This document shows positions 11,287-24,398 of a DNA stretch of 64,000 nt, in pieces. Positions within the stretch are counted from its first letter, which is position 1. Each line of letters begins with the position of its first letter. Origin of the DNA: Hemiscyllium ocellatum (lineage: Eukaryota); the NCBI RefSeq assembly GCF_020745735.1, contig NC_083433.1, positions 17,061,363-17,125,362 on the forward strand. Reading direction: 5' to 3'. The position numbers were made by a program, and so were the translations under genes. The notes beneath the pieces are model-generated. The model did not search any database. It saw only the letters and a list, made by a program, of their open reading frames with translations, and had not been told where the DNA came from.

Positions 11287-11628
11287 GGGTAGCATGGTGG
11301 CTCAGTGGTTAGCACTGCTGCCTCACAATGCCAGGGAATGGGTTCAATCCCACCCTTGGGCAACTGTCTTTGTGGAGTTTGCACATTCTCCCCATGTCTG
11401 CATGGGTTTCCTCCGGGTTCTCCAGTTTCCTCCCATACTCCAAAGGTGTGCAGGTTAGGTGAATTGGTCATGCTAAATTGCCCGTGGGATGTATAGATTA
11501 GGTGGATTAGTCAGGGGAAATGAGGAGTAATAGGATAGGAGAATAAGTCTGGGTCAGTAAATCTTTGGAGGGTCAGTGTGGACGTGTTGGATGAAATGAC
11601 CTGTTTCCACACTGTAGGGATTCTATGA
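11287..11628 (+). mobile_element. HE1/V-SINE (intronic; copy at 38996-39341)
   Basis: GGTGGCTCAGTGGTTAGCACTGCTGCC head, GGTTCAATCC B box, V-domain and tail. Confidence 0.85.
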
Positions 11629-12762
11629 AATAGAGAATGTAAGCAGGAAAGGTATTTGAATTCTAATAAACCTCTAATGTTTAAACATCCATTGTTGATA
11701 AGGCTAACAAACAGTGTTGCAAATGTTTGACTGTATGTTCAGGTTAATAGATTATGTGGTATTAACTTGCTTGTTTGTCTTATGGGAATATCATTACTCA
11801 TCAACTCACTTCAAATTTTAAACAGTGATATTAAAAGACTCCACTGAAGTCTGATTTAAGAGATCTGAAGGTACAGATTCCGAATTGTCCTGTAACACAT
11901 TAATCTAGCAGTGGAGGCCCACATCACATATAATGACCATGTTCAGTAATACAGCAACAAATAATTTGTCTTACATTCCTTTTCTAAGCAACCAGGGTAC
12001 TGCCACTCTGGAAGCTCATTATTATGGCTGGGTTTTCAAACCAAGTATCTTAGAAATCTACAGTAGTCAGGATAATCTATTCCTGTTGTATGTATAATCC
12101 CCCACCCTCACCAGGCAGGTTACTCATAGATTAGCAAAAGCAAATGTTAGGGGAGATTCCAAGTGCATTGAAATCTGAAAATTAGGGCCTCCACTGCTGA
12201 TTCCAAAGAAATCCAGACTTGCACTTGTTTCGTATCTTTCACAAGCACAGGCAATCTTTTCAGCCAGAAAAGTTCTTTTGAAGAATGATCTGCATTGGAA
12301 AGTGGCAGATTCAGCAGCGCAGAGTCAATTTCCCCTAAACACAACGTAAGAACGACCAGATAATCTTTTTGACTCAAGATAATCTTGAGTGAAGGATAAA
12401 TGCTGACCAAGACAAGTGGATCAGCTCCTCCATCTTTCTTCCAGTAGTTTTAAGGGTGATCAGCCAAGCTCAAAGGAATAAAACCCTTTTTTATCCAAAG
12501 GGGCGAACACCTCATATTCCAACCCAAAAACATTAGGAGAGCAGATTGGATAAAGTAAGAGGTTTTGGTTTCAGAAACCTGTTAACTTCTTGCAGGACAT
12601 CTGAGGAGAAATTGGACACAGGTTCTGAGAACAATCGTGGTATATTTGCCAGTATGCTAGTGAGATTTGTGCAGCATTTGACCATTGCGACAGATGTGAT
12701 TTCCTTGAACTGGATTGGGTTTCCTTCGATTCACACTTTTTAAATTTGTCTTATTTCTCAAG

Positions 12763-13064
12763 ATATTGAACCTGGGCACATCCCCGACAGTATCAATATC
12801 CCCTTTGAGACCTTCATGGATCCAGAGACTCTCAGGATGAAGAGTGAAAAGGAGCTGCAGTGCTTGTTTGAGGATCACAATGTCGACCTGAAGAAACCAC
12901 TGGTAGGGACGTGTAGTATCGGGATCACTGCCTGCTTTGTTGTCCTTGGTGCCCAAATCTGTGGGAAAGAAAATGTGATGATCTACGATGGTTCCTGGCA
13001 AGATTGGTTCACCCGGGCCGACCCCAGTCACATTATCTCGGAGAGAAAGGAGAAAGTCAAATAA
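12763..13064 (+). CDS. MPST: 3-mercaptopyruvate sulfurtransferase-like, copy A, coding exon 2 (catalytic domain)
   Basis: Acceptor TTATTTCTCAAG| joins exon 1 in frame (G+AT=Asp): DIEPGHIPDSINIPF...KPLVGTCSIGITAC...YDGSWQDW. 580+302=882 nt, 293 aa. Confidence 0.93.
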
Positions 13065-15309
13065 GCAGCACTGAAAGCAATGTTTTAGATTGTGCTGTTC
13101 CCGTACCAAAATTAGTAGATAATTTGAGAGTCATTCTTAAGTTTTATTTGACTGACCAACGAATCTATCTTTTATTGTGTTGGAGGTAAGAGGAGAAGGT
13201 CAAGTCAAACCAAGTATTTACTGGCATCCCCCACTATCCAAAAGCAGAGCATTTCTATGAAACGTGTAAAGCAAAGAAGCATCAACTCATATGGGGAAAA
13301 ATTTCACCTTTTTTCATAAAAGTGAAAATCCTCTTTGGATTTATGAAAACGTGTACTAATGTAGGTCTTTCGTAAAAATGAAGTGGCTTGAAGCGAACTA
13401 GCGAAAGACAGGGGATAGCTGTACTTGAAAGGTTTGATCTATTCCCTGGTAGAAGGGCCCTGTGAATAATTAGTAAGTGTTCTTCTGGGTATTGATGGCA
13501 ACAACAGGTGGCCCTCTTTTGTCTTGTTGTTTCAGTCATAGTTTTGGATTTCTCAAATGATGATTTGCCCGGAGACTCGACCTTTTTCACAAGATGCAGC
13601 AGGATGGCAGGTAAAAAGAAGCCAAGGACAGTTTGTTGAGAACCGCTCTAAATGTATAGTCAGTGATAGAAGAGTGATGAGAGACGTGTGACTTGTGAAG
13701 GGAAATGAAGCCATTTCTGGGGAAAGTTTAGCACCTTCCAGAATCATTCACTGTTTTGTTTCTTGCCATATTTGTTAGGGGCACGACGTTGTCATTTCCT
13801 GAAGGTGCTACATGTGCTGAGGCTGAGTGTCCACTGAGTTTCAAAATGCTTCTCTCAGTGATTTACTCCTTGAATGCAGTGACTGCTCTGTGTAGCCAAG
13901 ATTTTAAAGTGAGACCAGTTAGCTTTTGATGAGTATAGGAAGCCTGAAATTGAAATGAGTCTGGCATATCTTTGCTTTCCAAGTGAAATTATTTGTTATT
14001 GAGTCGATGTTCCTCTTCTTATTAACATTAACTGTAAACTCACAGCCTTTACAACATCACTTGTGGGTTAAGAGTTAGTTTACTTATGCTGCACCCAAGA
14101 GTGTGAGAGAAATAAAGGCTACATTCCTATTCTGTTCTTGATCTAACCCACACAACTGAAAACAGAAAACATTTCCCCTCAGCTTGGAAGAAATATTGTA
14201 GAGGAGAATAAGACTTGGCTGAACTATGCATCCTGTCTGGACTTGCTTCATAGAAATTGAGAATGTCTTCAGGGCAAGTTCTGACTTGTGAAATTGGGAA
14301 TGCTCCATTGTTAATGACAGTAAAGTTAGTCTGGATTGCAGAATAAATAACAGTGAACAATTCCTGGCATTGCAATGAAACCTGTTCCTTTCAATAACAT
14401 TCTGAACATTTTCTAGCAACATGTTCAGCCTTGTTATTAATCTTTATATGCTTAATACATATCGAATGCGCCTCTGTCCTTCTCAGTTTACACACAGGCC
14501 AAGTATGTTGTAATGTAGATTTAAAATATACATTGGAAAAGGAGATGGAACATTGTACAAAAAAAGCCTTCCCTGTACAGCTAACTAGAATAAAGGAAAT
14601 AATGGTACAGAAGTTGGCCAGTCAATACCAAAGTAATCTATTTTGTTGCTGTAAAAAGTTTCCCTTGAAATGTTTAATTAAAATTTTCAGAGTTTCGAAG
14701 GATTTTTGTTAGACACGTGTCCAGAAAAGTTTTGAGAAAAGCTTCATTCAGACGAATAGTCAAAGAGGGAATGAGGGGATCACATTACTGCATAAATTTG
14801 ATGAATTGTTGAATGTACCTGAAAATATAGAGGTAGGTTTGATACAATGAGAAGTCAAGCAATCTGAAGTATTCAATCAGTCTGTAACAGATAAGCAATT
14901 GCAGAGCAACTTGGCTGTGGGCTTAAGTCCCACTCCAGTGACATCCAGCACAAAATCTAGACTGATTCTCCAATGCAGCATCCAAGGAGTACTGCACTGC
15001 CAGACATACTCAGTTTCTAGTGAGACATTAAACCAAGGCCCTGACTATGCTCCTAGATCAAACTGAGAGGTAAATAAACAATGTTACAGCTTCAGGCCAC
15101 TTAAAGGCTTGTTAACACTTGTTGTACATTAATTATTAATTGTGTCCCTGACCCAAGGAATGCCAATTGTAATCATTTTAATAAAATTAATTCAGTTAAG
15201 TAGTTTGATTTGACTCCTTTTTGCATCAAAGATCAGAAATATGAGAAATGGGTTAGACTTTACTGCAGTTCATTTGGTCCAAAATGTTATCCTTGTTCTC
15301 ACAGAATCT

Positions 15310-15680
15310 GTAAGTGTGGAAACACGCCATTCATCCCAACAGGGCCACACCAACCCTCCGAAGAGCATCCCACCCAGACCCATCTCCTTATCCTTTCCCT
15401 GTAACCCTACGTTTCCCATGGTTAAAGCACCTAACCTATACATCCCTGAATACTATGGGGCAATTTAGCATGGCCAATCCACCTAACCTGCACATCCTTG
15501 GACTGTGGGAGGAAATCTCATTGTATCTCATCTACTCTATATTTTTTAAGTACATTAAAAAATTCAACTAGCAGACACAAGAAGAATATGCAAACTCCAC
15601 ATAGAAAGTTGCCCAAGGGTGGAAGTGAACCCAGGTTCCTGGGGTTGTGAGGCACTGGGGTGAACATCTCAGCCACCATT
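15310..15680 (-). mobile_element. HE1/V-SINE, older and interrupted (copy at ~43218-43588)
   Basis: GCAATTTAGCATGGCCAATCCACCTAACCTGCACAT V-domain read on the - strand. Confidence 0.75.
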
Positions 15681-15704
15681 TCATCTCTCATAACCCAAAG
15701 CTTC

Positions 15705-16828
15705 AAAAGTGCCTCTTCTGAGAGACAGGATTTACAGGCATTTGGACAGGCAAGTACTCATTTGGGATAGTCAGCATAGTGCAGGAAGTCCATCTTGCGA
15801 AATTGATTGAGGTTTTTGAAGGGGTGATCAAGAATGTTGATGAGAGCAGAGTGGTAGACATTGTCTGGCAAGGCCTTTGACAAGGAACTGCTTGGTAGGT
15901 TAAATCTCATGGGATCCAGGGAGACCTAGCCAACTGGATGCAAAATTGGCTTGACCATAGAGGACACGAGGTGGTGGTAGAGAGTTGTTTTTTTCAGACC
16001 TGAAACCAGGATGAGAATTTAGGAGGTATGGTTAGCAAGTTTGTGGATGATGCCAAGATTGGTGGTATAGTGAACAGTGAAGAAAATTATCTGGCAATGC
16101 AGCAAGATCTTGATCAACAGGTCCAGTGGGCTGAGGAACGGCAGATGGAGTTTAATTTAGACAAATGCAAGGTATTGCATTTTGATGGACCAAACCAGGG
16201 CAAGACTTACATAGTCAATGGTAGGGCCCTGGGGAGCATTATAAATCAAAGAGATTGAGGGGTAGATGTTCATAGCTCCTTGAAAGTCAAGTCACAGATA
16301 GACAGGATGGTAAAGGAGGCTTTCAGTATGCTTGCTTTCAAAGGTCAGGGCATTGAGTATAGGAAATGGGATGTCTTAGTTGCAGCTGCTCAAGATATTG
16401 GTGAGGCCACAGTTGGAGTACTTCATGTAATTCTGATAGCCCTACTATAGAAAGGAAACTATTAAACTAGAAAGAGAGCAGAAAAGATTTACGAGAATGC
16501 TACCTGGACTGGCAGGTTTTGAGCTATGAGGAGAGGCTGGATAGGCTGAGACTTTTTTCCTGGAGCAGAGGAGGCTGAGGGATGACTTGATAAAGGTCCA
16601 TAAAATCATGAGAGGCAGAGGTGCAGCAAAGAACCAACAGCTTTTCTCCATGGTAGAGGAGTTTGAAACTAGAGGCCATAGAGGAGAAATACAAAAGGGT
16701 CGAGAGGGGCAATTTCCTCACACAGAGGGTCGTAACTGTCTGGAATGGACAGCCAGAGTTAATGGTGGAAGAGAGTGCAATTTTGTCATTTAAGAAGCAT
16801 TTAGGCAGGTACATGGATAGGATAGTTA
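15705..16828 (+). mobile_element. CR1-type LINE, decayed RT region
   Basis: VSKFVDDAKIGG, MQQDLD, QMEFNLDKCKVLHF; the tail resumes at ~17801-17850. Confidence 0.9.
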
Positions 16829-17800
16829 TGTGAGATCTTGTGTTCTAATAACTCAGTCACTAGCTTGCTATATTCATTATTACTGGTTCCTGTTCATTCA
16901 TTCATAACCCTTTACTAGCCTGTTATTTATTATATCACTGTTTCATTCTTTCATTCATAAAACTACAGTTCTGTATTATAGTTTACTATTGCAAGATAGA
17001 CTAAGACTAAAGCAGTACTTCCAAACCCCTTACTGTTCCTTTACACCTTCAATCCTTATCAGACCTATTTACATCAAAAGCTACCTCTGTTAAATATCAG
17101 ACTACTAACCTATTCAGAACAATATCAGCCTTGACGTCATGCCTCCATTACCTACCCGAAACTATGGAAAGAATATGTTAATCAGCCCTTACCAACCGTC
17201 TCTCAGATCTGAATAGATTACAAAACATCAAACATGTTCCCCAATTAGTATGTACTTGTTAAATACCTTTTAACTGGGCTGTTATCCCTTTAAGAAACTA
17301 ATTGTCAAAACAGCACTTATGTGAAATTGTATAAATGAATGAAACTCTCAAATAGTAAACAAATTTCAACCCAGTATGGTAATCAGTTTAATATCCTTTA
17401 AAGTTTTATTAAGTACACGTACAATTTCTAACTTATTTAGATCATATAGGCCCAGTATTATTTACTAACATTAACTAACTTAAAAGATAAAAGGACTAAC
17501 ATCTCTTAATTATGCGATCAGATCAGACAGACACCCTTAATCCTAAGAGGAGCAGCAGCCACCTCTTAGCTCATGTTATAACTCATCTCCTGTTTCCCAA
17601 GACGGAAGCCCCTCAAACTTTTGTGTACCTGAGATAAAACAATGTAACACCATAGTATTGAAATTTTAATATATGTAAGAACTGTGTATAAAGAGGCTAT
17701 TGTAAGAGTTGTATTTCAGGATGTGCTAATCTGGCTGCTGAATAAAGAGACTATTTTTGCCATTCAGCGATTTTGGTCTTTATTTGAACATGATCCAACA
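16829..17800 (+). mobile_element. Probable solo LTR inserted in the CR1 tail (copy at 48527-49503)
   Basis: TG...CA termini, TATAAA (~17688) followed by AATAAA (17742); interrupts the CR1 tail. Confidence 0.5.
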
Positions 17801-19090
17801 AGTAGTTGGCGATACGGACCAGAAGCAGGCAAATGGGTCTAGTTTAATATGCCCTAAGAGGGTTTATGAAGGACTTATGTCCAAAAGGTTGACCCTCCTG
17901 CTCCTCAGATGCTGCCCAACCTGCTCTGCTTTTCATGCACCACACTTTTCAACTCTGTTCTCCAGCATCTGCATTCCTGACTTTCTCTGATTTGGGGCAA
18001 AGGGCTTGTTTCCATGCTGTAGACCTGTAAGTAATCAAGCTTTGCGGGACTGAAACAAGAACCAATTTGATCAGAAAGTGAGAGTAGAGCAAGAAGGAAT
18101 ATATTTGTAGCTGAAAGTACAGCAAGGGGAATTGACACTGTTCTCTGCAGCATAGAATGTGTATCCTGACAGCCATGATTTGGAGGTGCCAGTGTTGGAA
18201 CTGGGGTGGACAAAGTTAAAAATGACACAACACCAGGCTGTAGTCCAACAGGTATATGTGGAAGCACTAGCTTTCAATGCACTGTCTCTTCGCCCCCTGA
18301 AGAAGCAGCACCTGAACGGGGAGAATTGGGTGCAAGTTCATTGGGCAATGGTGCCAACATGGGAGAAAGTACAATTTGACCTGTTGAGATTGTGTACACC
18401 TGAACTGTGCCTGGACTAATCTCCTAGTGAGCTGCGTAATTAGGGACATGAAAAGTGATTTAAAATAAACAAGACGTTGAGTGATCAAGCCTACTGGATG
18501 TAGCAAAACAAGGGGTAGAGTCGAAACAGGTGATCAAATTGGTAATATGGGAAATTAAGGTCAGAGAGTCGCAGGAAGGCACAGGGAGGAAAAAAATTAA
18601 CAATGCCCCAACAGTCGAGGTTACATGTCATAAAGATAAGAAAAAGAGAAAACCAAAGGCCTTTTCTGAAGCAAACAAAAACAAAGTATTGGACAAACTT
18701 AGCAGGTCTGGCAGCATCTGTAGGGAATAAAAAAAAGTTCATGGTTTTTAGTTCGATGACCTTTCAGACTTGAAAGCAGTTCAGAAAAGGTATATGCGCT
18801 GATAACACAGGAGTCGGAGGGCAAAGGAGAGAGTGGACAAGTAGAGATAGAATCCAAAGAGAGAGATAAAGAATAGCAAATAAAGGCATTGTTGATGGTA
18901 AACTGGGCGAGAAAAAAAGCTAGGTAAGTGATGATGGCCAAAGTCTGCTCCCACGTCTTATGGTTAAACGTTGAAGTAACATTAGCTCCACCCTATCTGA
19001 CACTGTCATATTAGATGTTTTCTGCACAGTTCTTGCAAGTTCTGACAAGGAATGCAAACTGTACTAATAGCTATCATACAATAAACCATC

Positions 19091-19350
19091 TTGAGCACCC
19101 GAGGCAGAGGGTGGAGGACAAGTCAGAGGATCTCCTCGTGGGTTTGCTCCTGGGCCTGGCCAGGCTTGGCCATTAACAGGTCCAGGCAGCAGGCCATGGA
19201 GGCAGTCGTTATGGCTGATTGCCTGCCCCTCTTCCGCGGTTACGTTCAAGCTCGGCTATCCCTTGAGAAGGAGCACGCAGTATCTACCAATACCCTTGAG
19301 GTTTTCAGGACGTGGAGTGTTTTATTTCCCCCTCTAATTCTATTTTGATT
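19091..19350 (+). mobile_element. Tx1/L1-clade LINE 3' fragment (copy at ~51210-51530)
   Basis: LLLGLAKLAINRSR...CLPLFRGYVQARLSLEKEHAVS resembles the C-terminus of Tx1-type ORF2. Confidence 0.6.
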
Positions 19351-19852
19351 TAATCCCTACCCTCACTTTAACTTTTTCGTTCGCTTGGTTTATTTCTCTT
19401 TCTCATCAGTGGTGGTGGCGGGGGGGGGGGGTGATTCTGACCTCCCACCACCAAGGGTTGCTGTATGTGGTGTCTTCAGTGCTTTTTTCCCCTGGTCACA
19501 GATGAACAATCTTTGGCATTGGAACTTGGGCTTCCCAAAGTAGGAAATTCTGAAGAATAATGACTGGAATCCCAAACGTTAACTCTATTTTGTCTATCCA
19601 CAGATGCTGCTAGACTTGCTGAGTCTCTCCAGCAATTTCCACCAGGAATAGGAGCAGGAGCCACTTGAATCTGCTCTGCCATTCAATAGGATCTTGACTG
19701 ATCTGACATTCCTCAAATCCACTTTCCTGCCTTTTTCCCGTAACTCTTGATTCCCTGAGTGATTAAGAATCTGTCTACTTCAATCCTAAATATACACGAG
19801 GAGTCCAACCCCACAGCTCTTTCCTTACATAAGTGGACCAAACATCTCACAT

Positions 19853-20090
19853 GGAGAAAGTGAGGACTGCAGATGCTGGAGATCAGAGTCGAGAGCGTAG
19901 TGCTGGAAAAGTACAGCAGGTCAGGCAGCATCTGAGGAGCAGGAGAGTCGACATTTCAGGCATAAGCCCTTCATCAGGAATGAGGCTTGTGGGTCGGAGC
20001 TGAGAGATAAGTGTGAGGTGGGTGGGATTGGGGAGAGGTATCTGGGAAAGCAATAGTTGGATGAAGATGAGGGAGAAGGTGATAGGTACC
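19853..20090 (-). mobile_element. Penelope-like element 3' end (pseudo-LTR) with decayed hammerhead motif
   Basis: Reverse complement matches 37680-37906; CTGATGAAGGGCTTATGCCTGAAATGTC. Confidence 0.8.
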
Positions 20091-22290
20091 TTTGATAGAG
20101 TGTGTTTCAATGTCTTGTGTCTCTCTCGATGGCAGTTACTCTGACTGATTTTCAAAGTGCCTGCCTTTTTTATATCCCCAACATCGGATTGTCTCATTGA
20201 ATTTATTGTTTTGCCAACACTGAACCAAACGCAATTGGGTTTTAGTATCCTGGGGTATAACTTAAATTGATTGGTTAAATTATAATTGTTGTCAAAACAG
20301 CAACCAAGTCAGGTATTTATTTCAGTCAAATGTTACATATTTTAAATTTTCCAGTATACTCTTAGACTGCTCTTGTAAGCTGTCAGTGTAGAACAGCATT
20401 CACACTCTGTTAAAGGTACAGTACACGCCTTCAACTTCATAACATTAGGTTAGGGTATCTGGTCAGGAATGTGCAAGTTGGACCGAAGTGTCTGTTTCCG
20501 TGCTGTATATCTCTATGACTCTTTGTGTCCTTCCTGACTTGTTACAACATTTACTGACTTAATTGAATAGAACAATAGAAGTATATCTCACAGAAAGAGA
20601 ACCTACAACCAATATGATTGATCATCAACGAATCTGCTTATATGGTACTCATTAACTGCCCTTTGTTTGATCTTCCATGGGATGAGTGTGACATTGGTAT
20701 GGCCATCATTTGTTGCACCTCCCCAGTTGCCCTCAAATTGATTGGCTGTCTCAGTCATTTCAGACACAGTTAAACATTAACTACATTGCTCAAGGTCCAG
20801 GAAAGGCTGGTAGATTTCTTTCCATTGACTTCACATTCTCCCCAAAGTGGTGATACAGAAATAGATATAAGTCCTATCTGTTGTCCAGTTTTACAGGATT
20901 TTGGTGACATCAAGCTGGAGTTGTTTATGTAGCTTTGGTCTTGTTACCTAAAGAAAGAACTTCTATGCCTTGGATGGACTCAGACAGAGCTTTATTGGAT
21001 TGAATCCTGGAACAATTCGATTGTCTGAGCAGAAGAGATTCAGCGAAATGGGTCTTCTTTTTGCATTTTGAACAAAAAAATGGTGATTTTATATAAATAA
21101 ATTTTAAAATTCAGAGACTTAACAAGGTGGAGGCTCTGAGGCTCTTTCCCTTGACTGGACGTTATGGTCTCCAGAGCTAGAACGGAGGGGGGGGGGATCA
21201 ACCATTTAGGACTGAGGATCAAACCCACTACAATAACTGAATTTGAATTCAGTTAACAAAATTAGGAAAGGAAGCTTCTCTCAGTAATGGTGACCATTAA
21301 ATTATCATTGATTGGTATCAGAAACAATATCTGGTTCACTAATGACCTTGAAGGAATGGAATCGTCTGTCCTTACCTGGTCTGGCATGTATGGGACTGCA
21401 ATGTGGTAGATACTTGACAGGTTGTGACTGTATTTGACTCTGCAAAACCCAAGAATAAATGGTTTCTGTGAGGCTAATTCTCAAATGTTTTTTGGTGGAA
21501 AGAATTCCTTTCAATTGGTCTGGTAATCACAGAACTCCCTTTCTAAATTATCCTTGTGCTGCTCTAACTACTCCTCCATCTGAACTGTCCTCCTTAGCCA
21601 ATCAGGTACTGTGGTTACAAGAGCAGGCCAGAGATTGGGAATTCCACACAAATAAGTCTCCTCCCATTGACCATTAGGTCAGGAGTGTGATGGAGTACTC
21701 TCCATTTACCTGGATGGGTGCCGCTCCAACAACACTCAAGAACCTTGATACCATCCATGACAAAGCAGCCTGCTTGATTGACACCCCATTTCCAATCCTC
21801 AATCTTCACTCCCTACGGTCCCAACACACTGCAGCAGTAATTTGTACCCTGTACCCAATGCACTTCAGCAACTCAGAATCCACAGAATTGTTATGGCACG
21901 GAAGCAGGCCATTTGGCCCATTTTATCTGCACTGTGCATTCGCCAATGTGCATACCTTCCAGACCTTTGACCCCTAAAACCTGGAAGGACAAGGGCAGCA
22001 TGCACAAGAGGAACACCATCTGCAAGTTCCCTTGTAAGGCACTCACAATCCTGATTTGGAACTATATATCATTGTTCCAGGTACAAATTATTAGAACTTC
22101 CTTTCCAACAGTCCTGTGTGTGTGTGTGTGCTCAGTGTTTGAATGTAAGGAGTAGGAGTAGGCCATTTGCCCACTCTATCATAAACTTCTTCATTCAATA
22201 AGATTTTTGCTGATCTTGCCCTTAACTCCATTTAATTGCCAAGCCATCTCCCAACCCATGACTCCTTTATTGATCAATAATCTGTTGAAC

Positions 22291-23049
22291 TCTTATATCT
22301 GGCAAAGAAACCGCGAGTCGACTCTTAATAGTAATAAATGATAATATTTATTTATTTAACACAATTAATATTATCAAAAGAAAATGCACTATAAACTAAC
22401 CATTTACACTATAAATCTAATCAACTATCTTGTGCTTTAACTTAACTGTGGATGATCATATATCACCACACTAGATCTTGACCTTGATCCATGTGGTGAT
22501 GATCATTTGGTCGTCTTCTCGTGGTGGTCCCAGGGGTGACTTCCCTTCTTAGTGTTTGGTCTTGAGTTACCGCCCCAGGGTGGTGTTGCAGAGATTCTTA
22601 TACTTAGTAGTTGTTCGTGCCCTTTTAGGAGGGCCTCCAGTGTCCTCTAAAAGATCGATCATGGCTCGATCACCCTGATCGATTGGACCCAACCAGGCGT
22701 TAACATGTCGATGGCAGGGTGATCCTTAGGCATCCATTTCTGGAGGTGTTGCCCTCTCCAAATAAGGGTACGAGGCGTCCACGTGTCTGGCAAACAACCC
22801 GATGTTCCGATTGTCCTGGGGATGGCATTCAGACTGATTCTGTTCAGTTCAAATTCAAGTGTACTTTATATTGTTTGCAGCTGCTGTCAGTTGCTACACT
22901 GTCTGTAGCTGCAGCCTGTTTGGATTCTGTAGCTTGTTTATTCTAGAGCACAGTCACTTTTGGTTAAGGCTTGTCTCAATTTCCCAGCATGCCTCATTTA
23001 TTGACTATTTTTCATAAATCCATCATTTTAAGTGGCCCAGCTAGCCACA
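22291..23049 (-). mobile_element. Probable solo LTR specific to unit 1
   Basis: Absent in unit 2 (~57385); the - strand starts TGTGGC and contains TATAAG then AATAAA near its 3' end; TSD unclear. Confidence 0.45.
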
Positions 23050-23159
23050 AGTCTATCACAGACTCAAATGTACTCAATAGTACAAACTCCACTGCTATCA
23101 CAGGTAGAGAATAGTTCAAATCTGTATGCAGCATTCTGAGTGTGTTCCCAGGTTGGCGA

Positions 23160-23700
23160 TGCCATGCTTGGAGTACTGTGTACAGTTTTGGTTGCCTTGC
23201 TATAAGAAGGATGTTGTTGAATTGCAGAAAAGATTTACAAGGATGTTACCAAGACTGGGGATGAAAATGTGTTGCTGGAAAAGCACAACAGGTCAGGCAG
23301 CATCCAAGGAGCAGGAGAATCGACGTTTCGGGCATGAGCCCTTCTTCAGGAAGACTGGATAGAGTTATACGGAGAGGCTTGACAGGCTGAGACTTTTTTT
23401 TTAACTGGAGTGTAGGAGAATGAGGGCTGACCTTGTGGAGATTTATAAAATCAGGCAGGGCACAGATAAGTTGAATAACAAAGGTCTTTTCCTAGAGTAG
23501 GGCACTTCAAAATTGGAGGGCATAATTTTTAACGTGAGAGCAGAAAGATTTAAAAGGGATCTGAGGGGCAATTTTTTCACACAGAGGGTGGTTTTAAAGT
23601 AGAATGAACTGCCAGAGGACGTGGCAGGTGTAGGTACAGTTATAACATTTAAAAAACATTTGGATAGGTGCATGAAAGGAAAAGTTTAGAGGATGTGTGG
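23160..23700 (+). mobile_element. CR1 3' fragment with a Penelope-derived insertion at 23259-23350 (- strand)
   Basis: LEYCVQFWLPCYKKD; the insertion is flanked by an 8-bp TSD AAGACTGG. Confidence 0.85.
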
Positions 23701-24398
23701 CTAAAACAGACAAATCCATCACTGAATCCCCATCCTTGGGCTTACCATTGACCAAAACTCAACTGGACTCACCACATAAACACAGTGGCTACAACAGCAG
23801 GTCAGAGACTAGGGATACTGCAGCAAGTAAGTCACTTCCTGACACCCCAAAGACTATCCACTATCTACAAGGCACAGGTCAGGCGTGTGATGGAATACTC
23901 CCCACTTGCCTGGATGGGTGCAGCTCCTGCAACACTCAAGAAGCTTGACACCACCCAGGACAAAGCAACCTGCTTGATTGGCACCACATCTACAAACATT
24001 CAATCCCTCCACCACCAGCACCCAGTTGCAGCTGTGTGTACTATCTACAAGATGCAGTGCAGAAATTCACAGGAGATTCTTAAACAGCACCTTCCAAACC
24101 CATGACCACTTTCATCGAGAAGGACAAGGGCAGTAGGTACTTGGGAACACCACCACCTGCAAGTTCCCCTCCCAGCCACTCACCACCCTGACTTGGAAAT
24201 ATACGGCCATTCCTTCACAGTCATTGGGTCAACCTCCTGGAATTCCCTCCCTGCCGACATTGTGGGTCAACCCACAGCAAGTGGACTGCAGCGATTCAAG
24301 AAAGCAGCTCACCACCACCTTCTCAAGGGCAAGTAGGGATGGGCTATCAATGCTGTCCAGCCAGCAATGCCCAAGTCCCACAAATGAATCTAAAAAAA
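23701..24398 (+). mobile_element. Non-LTR retrotransposon 3' fragment, second family (related decayed copies ~21600-22080 and ~55690-56270)
   Basis: TIYKAQVRRVMEYSPLAWMGAAPATLKKLDTTQDKA, an RT C-terminal region, with an A-rich tail; nested in CR1. Confidence 0.8.

Noticed and set aside
12147-12410. Intronic - strand ORF of 87 aa shared by both units
   Set aside because: Non-ATG start, no recognisable homology and no convincing splice sites.
12657-13109. 150-aa antisense ORF over exon 2 (also 40371-40823)
   Set aside because: Shadow of the real exon, with no recognisable motif or splice structure.
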